Positions 37,246 to 64,000 of a stretch of DNA of 64,000 bases are shown here, piece after piece. This stretch comes from Rhynchobatus australiae (Eukaryota): contig JAUZTB010000072.1 in the NCBI GenBank assembly GCA_034780895.1, positions 13,539,816-13,603,815 of the forward strand, read 5' to 3'. The notes beneath the pieces were generated by a model. That model worked only from the letters and a program-made list of their open reading frames with translations, ran no database searches and was not told the DNA's origin. Made by a program: the position numbers and the translations under genes. The number at the start of each line of letters is the position of its first letter. The stretch's first letter is position 1.

Positions 37246-38199
37246 GGAATGCAGCCCTGTCCTCAGCCTCCCATACCATTCCAACAGAAGTATGGGGGAA
37301 ACATCACCTTATCTTCTGACTGGACCCATTGTAGCCTTCCAGACTCAACATTCAATTCAATAATGTCAGATAATCAGCCACTCCTCTGTTTCTTTCTGGT
37401 TTCTGTTTCTTTCTCTCCCTTCTTCAGATATTTAAGATTTCATCTCCTCCTCTTTGTTTTGTGTCCAGATACACCAGCACCCTTTGCCAGCCAACACCAC
37501 ACCAGGTGTGCCATTTAATCTGTCCTGCTCTCCATTTTATCAGAGACCTTCCCTTTAGCTCGCTAATGCCCCCAACTTTCTCTGCAACTTAAAACATTGT
37601 TTTCAGTTCTAATGGAAGCATCAACTCTTTTTCTCTCTCCACTCGAGGCCTGACCCGCTGAGTACTTCCAGTGTGTATGGTTAATTTCTTTTAAAGCAGA
37701 GCAAGTCTGGAATTTGGGAATTCTGTGCAGTGGGATGGGGCAGAAGTTTCAATGAGGCTTGGGCAAGTGTACCTGGGGTGGGTCGGGAGGGAGGCGGCTC
37801 TTGTTTACATGACGTGCGGCAAGGTTAGGAAGGGCTGTTATTTTTTTATTTTAGCTGTTATACTTTTGCCAGGAGCAAAACGGTCCATTAATTACTGAGC
37901 TTTGAACGTTGTGCTTGTTACTTCCTGAAGCATGTGTCTGATTGACGTGTGTGTTGGATGGAGCCCAGCTGGTGCTCTGCCAGCGCTGCTCTGGAGCCTG
38001 ATGTTATGGTGTTTCACTGCCCATTGCGCTCCGCGGCAGATGGCACGCGCAGCTGTGCGCCAGTTGTTCGAGAGAATGTGTTAGGGGTAGGTGGGGAGGG
38101 CACCCGGAATGTCCGCCAGCTCTTCTCCGACTCACTGCACGCCCCTTGCAGGCTTCTGAAGCCCAGATATCCCTTCCCACCTGACACTGGTGAACACTG

Positions 38200-38620
38200 A
38201 ATGAACATTGAATTCTCCCACTTTAAGTAATCCCCACACCCCTTCCCCACACACACACACCCACCAAGCTTCTTCTCTTCTCCCCCTTCCTAACCGCTCT
38301 CTCTTTTTTCTACCCCTTTTTCTTTTCCTTTCTCTCCTTCCCTTTGACCTACCCCCGGTGGATCTGCTCTCCCCTCCTCCCCCACACCTGCCTATCACTA
38401 TCTCTTACCTGCATCTACCTCTCACCACCCTGTGCCCACCCCGCCTCCCCTCTTTTGCCCACCTATCACTGCTCTGCTTTTCCCTCCCATATATTGGGCT
38501 TCCCCTTCTCCTACCTTCAGTCCTGAAGCAGGGTCCTGACCTGAAATGATGACCGCCTGTTTTTCTCCAGAGATGCTGCCCGGCCTGCTGAGTTCCTCCA
38601 GCATCATCGTGTTTTTCATC
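38200..38620 (+). mobile_element. Penelope-like element 3' end (MNIEFSHFK*, pyrimidine tract, decayed hammerhead)
   Basis: ATGAACATTGAATTCTCCCACTTTAAGTAA; terminal GATGCTGCC...CCTGCTGAGTTCCTCCAGCA motif shared with other copies. Confidence 0.7.
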
Positions 38621-38763
38621 TATGCCTTTTCTATGTTATATGGAGCAACTACACCCAATAGTCATGATGATCATACAGTTCAGGATCTTATGCCGTACAA
38701 TAGGACCTTGTGATTTCAGCTGATCTGTTTTCTTGTGCTCTCCCCTCCTCCTTTACCACAGGG

Positions 38764-57385
<18,622 letters not shown>

Positions 57386-57490
57386 GGGATCGATGCAGGG
57401 ACCAGACACACTGTGCAAGTCATGTCATGTAGCAGAAATACTCTATTCCATCAACCATCCTGAATACTGCAATTCAAACACAACGTGCTC

Positions 57491-57496
57491 AATAAA
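57491..57496 (+). terminator. Candidate ZBTB17 polyadenylation signal AATAAA
   Basis: First AATAAA, ~105 nt past the stop; another at 58071. Confidence 0.55.
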
Positions 57497-60400
57497 GAAT
57501 AGGAAGCTGCAAGACTGACTCCATGACTACAGTGTAACATGTTATCGACTGTATACGTGCTCTACAATCAAACCACATTGTAAAACTAGATCCAACATGG
57601 ACAGCAACACCAAAAGTTCAGAGCCGGAGGACGATGAGAAAACGCAGTTAGGATGATTAAAGATTGCTGCACGACTATCAGGGATCGGCCTGTTACAATG
57701 GTCTCTGATCTGTTTTCTCCTTATTGAATGCACTAGGTCCAGAACTGTTAGGGCTGGAGGGAGAGGAAGGGGTGGAAACGAGCTTTCACAATCTCAAGGG
57801 ACTGAACCCTTAACTGTCTGGATTAGAAGCCAACATTATGCACTCCACAGGATCATTCTGATGTATTATTGTTAGTACTTAGGAGTGATTAAGCTATTAT
57901 ATCTCCTCTGAGTGAGGGCCAGTTACCATCAGACTGGCAGTCACGTCTTTGCTGCACAGTTTGTGCACTGGCTGGCTCAGACAGAGGAGCTGTCTAGGCA
58001 GGACAGACAAGACCTTGTACGTATGTCTGACGGTACGTTGTTCCATGCTGTGCCCATCATGCAGTCCAGTAATAAAGAACACATGTTGGGCACCAAGCTT
58101 CAATTCCCAGTTGCTGAAGGGCTCAATGGCAGAAAGATCCTCCTAAGGCACTTCATTGATCTGAATTCAGCAGGATTTATTTATGTAAGGCAGATGCTAT
58201 CCACAGGTAATAAAGTGGAAGCTGCTTCTATAGTGTTTCAGTATTTGTTATCTCGTAATTCTTAAGTTCTGTAACTTAATGGGATTTCATCTTCAAAGCA
58301 AGACCTTTTGTCACTTGGAGTCAGGGATCCGTTTTAGGATTTGATGTTGACACAGCATGGTATTGGCTTCCACAGGGCCATTAAGTTGAAGGGAGAAAAC
58401 TAGGTGTTGACTGAATGAGCACCTGCTGTTGAGTCACTGAAACAGGCATCGATTTTGTTACAATCTGCGTCAACATTTTGGTCAGTTAGTAGAGTATATT
58501 TTTAGAGGAAAATACAAAATGCATGTCGTTTTAAGAGAACATCTCTCCTAAGCCTCATGACTTTTTTCCAGATGGACTGAAGTTCTTTTTCTCCAGTTGT
58601 GGAGAATCCTTGCACAATACCAGCACATGAGTTGTCGGGCCTTTGCAGGGTTTCTGCACTCATCTTGGTTTTGGATCTTTGCTTCAATTTCAAAGGGTCA
58701 TTTTGAGCAATATGTAGTGATATCTCTGTAGTTCCATGAACTGAAATTGATGGAGGCTGTGATTCATTTGTCAGTTACAACTGTGCTGACCATAGGCAGG
58801 TGGGGTAGGAATTTGAGAGATCTAAGGTCTTTTATTTCTCTCCACAACCATTTATGTCCAAGTTGATGAGACTCTGTACACCGTGCAGGCAATATATCCC
58901 CATTCTCAAGGCCCAATGCCTTTGTAAAGACTCTCTTAGGAGCTACAACAGAATAGAAATAATGCCTGAATTTAAGAAATACTCAAGGAAACTGCAAGAC
59001 AGGTTGAATGAGACAACTCTGCTGTCTACCAAAGGAGACTGCAGGCTGCTATAGCTTTAGTTAAACCTCTGTCTGCAGGTCAAGGTTCATTCAGTCCTCT
59101 CCTGTGAAAGCCAATACTTGCTGGCTCTCCTCATCAGCTGGTCCCTGGCAGATAACAGTCACCAGATACTTCCACAGAGCCTTGCTCCTTTGAGTATTTC
59201 CTTGCTAATCTAAGAAAGGTGTGAATTTTCACAGTATTCTTGTGATTGTATCCTTTTGTCTCTAGTAACTAGAATAGGGGACAGATTGTTGGATGTTGGT
59301 GGATATACTGCTTGCATGATTCCTATAAAACCCCCCAAAAGAATCGGACATCTGGTAATCTCTCCAATTCCCTTCAGTGTTCTGCATGCCCCATCCCAGT
59401 TGTGGTGACCGTTGGTATCCACAGTCAGTTTGAAGAATGACAAGTACTGACTTAAGAAGAGTATTCCCTTCTTTTCTCTACTTCTCCTGAGATTTTCTTA
59501 TTGGACTTGCATCTCTGTTAATAACTTTTAGAAGTTTGGACCAATTCCAAAGATTTAGATAAACCGATACTGTTCTGTTTTGTGGATGAGCTTTACCTTT
59601 CTCCTGTGCTCAGACACAGTTCTCAGACAATCTTTTCTCATGTTATTCTGAATGGTTTTCTGCAGTTTCAACTTCAATTATCTCAAAATAATTTCCTTCC
59701 TCTAGTAGAATCTGGGGGGAGTCCATGGGAATATGGGGAGAATGAAATGGGATAAGACTAAGTATGTGCTTGATGGTCAACGCAGACTTGCTGGAGCGAA
59801 GGATCTGCATCTGTGCTGTACACTCTGATCTGTAAGGCACAGTCTGCTGGAAGTAGATTGAATAACATTTTCAAAATGGTGCTATATGCTCTATGTACTG
59901 GGTTGAAAACTAATGGGAAAGGATAGGGAATTTTATAGTTCTTTCAGAAATCCAGCTTGGGACAATAGCTTAATACTCTGCTATACTGTAATGTTCCTTG
60001 TAAGTTAACTTCTGCCAATCAAATTATCTATATAACCACATGGCAGTGCTATTAGAATGGAAAGAGAAACACATTTTGCCTGAACATTTTAAACTAGGAG
60101 ATTTGAATTAGTTGCATGAGTTACTCGATATAGACCATGGAGGATAAATTAATTCATGTATTCTACCTTTGAAAGTAAACAATGTCTCATCACTTCAATA
60201 ATAGGGAAAAATATGCAAGTAACTAAAATGTGGATTTAATTCTGCCTGTTTTGAAATCGGCCTACAATTGATGTGGAACATAGGGTATGTCCCAGCTGTG
60301 GAACATGTCTCATTCAAAGTCATACAGGTCAACACAATGACTAATCAGTTTTCTTTGTGCGTGGTTAGTGTAGTTGCCTGTACTGCCTCTTTGTTGCCAC

Positions 60401-61399
60401 TAGTAGATGATATAAGACAGGAATTGAAAACATTCTCAGCTGGTAAACATCACATGCTTCTGAGCTGACTCACAATTAAAAGAATGAAATACTGAGGAGT
60501 TTTACCCTGTTTGACACCAAGACTTTTAACTTCAAATGCTATTTATACAAATACCTCAGGAGTATTAGAAATGCCTTACTAAATTTACATTCATCTCAGA
60601 AGCGTGAGAACTTTTCGGCCTTTGATCTGAGACTGAAAGCATTGATTCTGTGAGTTCTCTTTCTATAGTGGATAGACTTTCAATACAAACCAATATCTCT
60701 GGTTCTGGGAAATTTTTCTTGACTTTGGGCTTATTCATCTCAAGAATTTATTGCCAAATTCATTGTTGCAAAGCTCTCAGGACAGTGCTATTGTGAGTGC
60801 AATTCTCGTATTGCATGGCAGAACCAGAGTGCATCAACATATACAAGAGAGTGATTTTTTTTATTTATATTGTATATATAAATTCATTCAAGGGATTTGG
60901 GCTTTGCAGGCTGAGCCAGCATTCGATTGCCTGTCCCAAGTTGCCCTTGAGAAGGTGCTGGTGACCTGCCTTCTTGAACCACTGACGTCTTTCAAGGTGT
61001 GGATATACTCACAATGCTATTAGGGAAGAGAGTGACCCAGTGACGGTGAAGGAACGGTAAGAGTGGCGTTAGACTTGGAGGGCAACTTCCAGGTGATGGT
61101 ATTCCACCACCACCTGGAGGCAAATTGATAGCAAAAGATGAAGATTCTGATGAACAACCTCGAATGGGAAACGCTGGATATTTTATCTGGTGGCGTGCTA
61201 TATTTTTGCCTCAGGGCTAGTGACTGATCAGCCTCCGATGGTTATATAACCTGACCCACATTGGGTTAAAACTCAAATCCTAGGTTTGCCGCACCTGGCT
61301 AATGTACACTGATGGCAGATGTTAAATCTGCCTCTAGTGCCTTTTTCCAAACACTTCCAAAATGAAAGTCAGGTCCTAGTTTTTCTCTTTTTCCTAGGA

Positions 61400-63200
61400 T
61401 GTATTAACAAGCAGATTCCTTGTGGTTTTATGAAAGGAAAAGTTCTTTAAAGGATGTAACAAATAGGATGGATAAAGGAGAAGTAGGTGTAGTGTATTTG
61501 GATTCCTAGAAGGTATTAGATAAGGTACAACAAGCAAGTTCAAACAAGATAAATGTGCACATAGTTACAGGTAATATTGGCAATGGATAGGAACTGGTGA
61601 ACTAACAGTTGGGAAAATGGGTAATTTTCAAATTGGCAATCAGTAACTAATGGGATGCCACATTAATCCATAATGAAGCTTCAACTAGTTGCAATTTATA
61701 TTAACGACTTGGATGAAGGGACTGAGTATACTGTAGTCTAATTTGATGACAATACCAAGAAAGGTGAGTTAGCCAGATGTGAGTAGAACACAAAGAGACT
61801 GCAATAGGATGTATATAGGTTGCTGGTGGGCAAGAATTTGGCAGATGAGTATAATGTGGGAAAGTGTGAGGTTAACTACCTTGGAAGGAATAATGAAAAA
61901 GAAAATTATTATTTAAATGGAGAGGCAACAGAATGCTGCAGTAGAAAGGGATCTGGACATCTCAGTACATGAAACACAAAGTTGGCAACAAGTACAGCAA
62001 GGAGCAGGAAGACTAATGAATTGTTGGCCTTTATTGCAAATGGTACAGAGTACAAAGGTAGGGAAGACAAGTAATTCTGCAGATGCTGGATGTATCTGAA
62101 GCAATATACAAAAAGTGCTGGAGGAACTCAGCAGGAAGGGCAGCACCTATGGAGAGAAATAAACAGTCGACATTTTGGGCCGAGACCCTTCTTCAGGACT
62201 GGAAAGGAAGAGGGCAGAAGCCGGAATAAGAAGGTGGGGGGAGGGGGAGGAGCACACCCAGGCAGGGGACAGGNNNNNNNNNNNNNNNNNNNNNNNNNNN
62301 NNNNNNNNNNNNNNNNNNNNNNNNNNNNNNNNNNNNNNNNNNNNNNNNNNNNNNNNNNNNNNNNNNNNNNNNNNNNNNNNNNNNNNNNNNNNNNNNNNNN
62401 NNNNNNNNNNNNNNNNNNNNNNNNNNNNNNNNNNNNNNNNNNNNNNNNNNNNNNNNNNNNNNNNNNNNNNNNNNNNNNNNNNNNNNNNNNNNNNNNNNNN
62501 NNNNNNNNNNNNNNNNNNNNNNNAAGGCAGAATATGAGGTGTTGTTCCTCCAACCTGTGTCTGGCCTCAACGTGGCAGTAGAGGAGGCCATGGATAGACA
62601 TGTCAGTATGGGGGTGGGATGTGGAATTGAAGTGGGTGGCCCCTGGGAGGTCTTGGCTGGTGGACAGAGCTAATGAAATCTTGATGCAACTTTACAGATA
62701 TTTGGTGAAACATCAACTGGAGGACTGTAGACAATTTTAGTCTCCATATTTAAACAATGCTGTACTTGTATTGAAGGCAGTGATTTCTGGGATGAAGGGG
62801 TTGACAGTTAAAAGGAGATTGTGTGGGTTGGGCCCAGCGTCATTAGCATTTAGAAGAATGAGAGGTAATCTTATTGGAACAAGATTCTGAGGGGGATTAA
62901 TAGGATGGATGGATGCTGAGAGGATGTTTTCCCTAATGGGGTTATCTATAGCAGACAAAATTCAGTTGGAGATGAGGAGGAATTTTTTCTCTGAGGATTA
63001 TGAATCTTTGACATTCTCTGCACCAGATTACTGTGGAGGTGGAGCCATTGAATGTATTCAAGATGGTGATCGACAAACATTGAACCACAGGAGAAACTGG
63101 GAATATGGGAGGAAATGGGAAAATGGTTAGGGCCAAGTTTAGATCAGCCATAATCAGATTGACTGTTCGAGCAGGCTCACTGGGGTGCTTTGCCGACTCC
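61400..63200 (+). mobile_element. CR1 LINE (RT to 3' end) interrupted by a Penelope-like insertion
   Basis: GTGTATTTGGATTCCTAGAAGG, ATATTAACGACTTGGATGAAGG, ERDLDISVHETQ; resumes after ~62670 (TTTAGAAGAATGAGAGGTAATCTTATTG). Confidence 0.8.
62075..62665 (-). mobile_element. Penelope-like element (GIY-YIG C-terminus and terminal repeat) nested in CR1
   Basis: MSIHGLLYCHVEARHRLEEQHLIFCL resembles the PLE endonuclease C-terminus; terminal motif with hammerhead at 62164-62201. Confidence 0.8.
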
Positions 63201-64000
63201 TGCTCCTGTTCTCATGAGGAATTTTTCTCCATGAATCTTGACAATGACCTACAGAAAGCTGTGGAGTTTGAGCAACTGAATATATCAAGGCTGAGATCAG
63301 CTGGTTTTTGGATGATAGGGAAGTCAAGGATTATATGTGGAGTTGAAACCAAGATCAGTTCAGCCATCTTATCAAATGGTGGAGCAGATTTGAGTAACCA
63401 TGTGATCTCCTCAGCTCCAATTTTTTATGTTTATGCTTTTGTGGATTATGTAGAAAGTCTTTGATTACTTGATCATGTTTCTATCTGGAGATACCCAAAT
63501 TACCACTAAATCCAACCACTTACTGTCCAACTGTCTGTTCAGCAATGTAGTGTGTGTAACCTCAAACCAAACCACAGACCCACTGCTCAGGAGACCAATT
63601 TGTTGAGAGACCAACCAGTGCAATTCTCACAACTTGGTAGAGATCAAGACAATGGATTCAGTGTTACTGCCTTTTTACTATGTTAACATAGAGTTTTAAA
63701 AGATTAGTATAAATTGATTTATTTACATTTAAGACAACAGTGCTTGTTCCTCTGAGCTACAGGAAAACTTCTAACTCATCAATCTGTTTGCTATACTAAT
63801 AGATTTGCTAAATCCTGAGCATTAAGCTGATATAATGCTTTATATTATTCATTTGTAATTTTAAAAAAATGTTTCCTCCAACTCTTCCCACCCATGACTC
63901 ATGGGTGAAATGTTGTATGCTCCAGATCAGGAAGTTCATCAGGTCAATGCCTTAGCTGAGTCAGGATTGGATAATTGCTGCAATTGGTTTTAATGCTTCA

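Overview
Vertebrate genomic DNA from a draft assembly with N gaps. The repeat content (HE1/V-SINE-like and Deu-SINE-like SINEs, CR1, Rex1/Babar, L1, RTE and Penelope-like fragments) points to a cartilaginous fish (shark or ray); this taxon call is inference. Three protein-coding genes were reconstructed by hand from GT-AG exons. (1) NECAP2: coding exon 1 only, minus strand, 5786-5695; later exons were not found in the window. (2) SZRD1: complete, minus strand, 4 coding exons, 29849-16447, 150 aa. (3) ZBTB17/Miz-1: complete, plus strand, 14 coding exons, 38764-57385, 815 aa, BTB plus 13 C2H2 fingers. SZRD1 and ZBTB17 are head-to-head on one CpG island carrying a 71-bp tandem duplication of NRF1 sites. 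Main non-coding observations: four phased miR-128/miR-27 seed sites in the SZRD1 3'UTR; a 34-bp intronic minisatellite built from DR1 nuclear-receptor elements in ZBTB17; several decayed minimal hammerhead ribozymes in Penelope-like termini; a ~100-bp inverted duplication around one of those termini; and four ZNF143/SBS-like sites upstream of NECAP2. I found no evidence for a new multi-gene system; the novelty is at the regulatory and repeat level. Repeat boundaries are approximate and family names come from motif recognition, not database searches.
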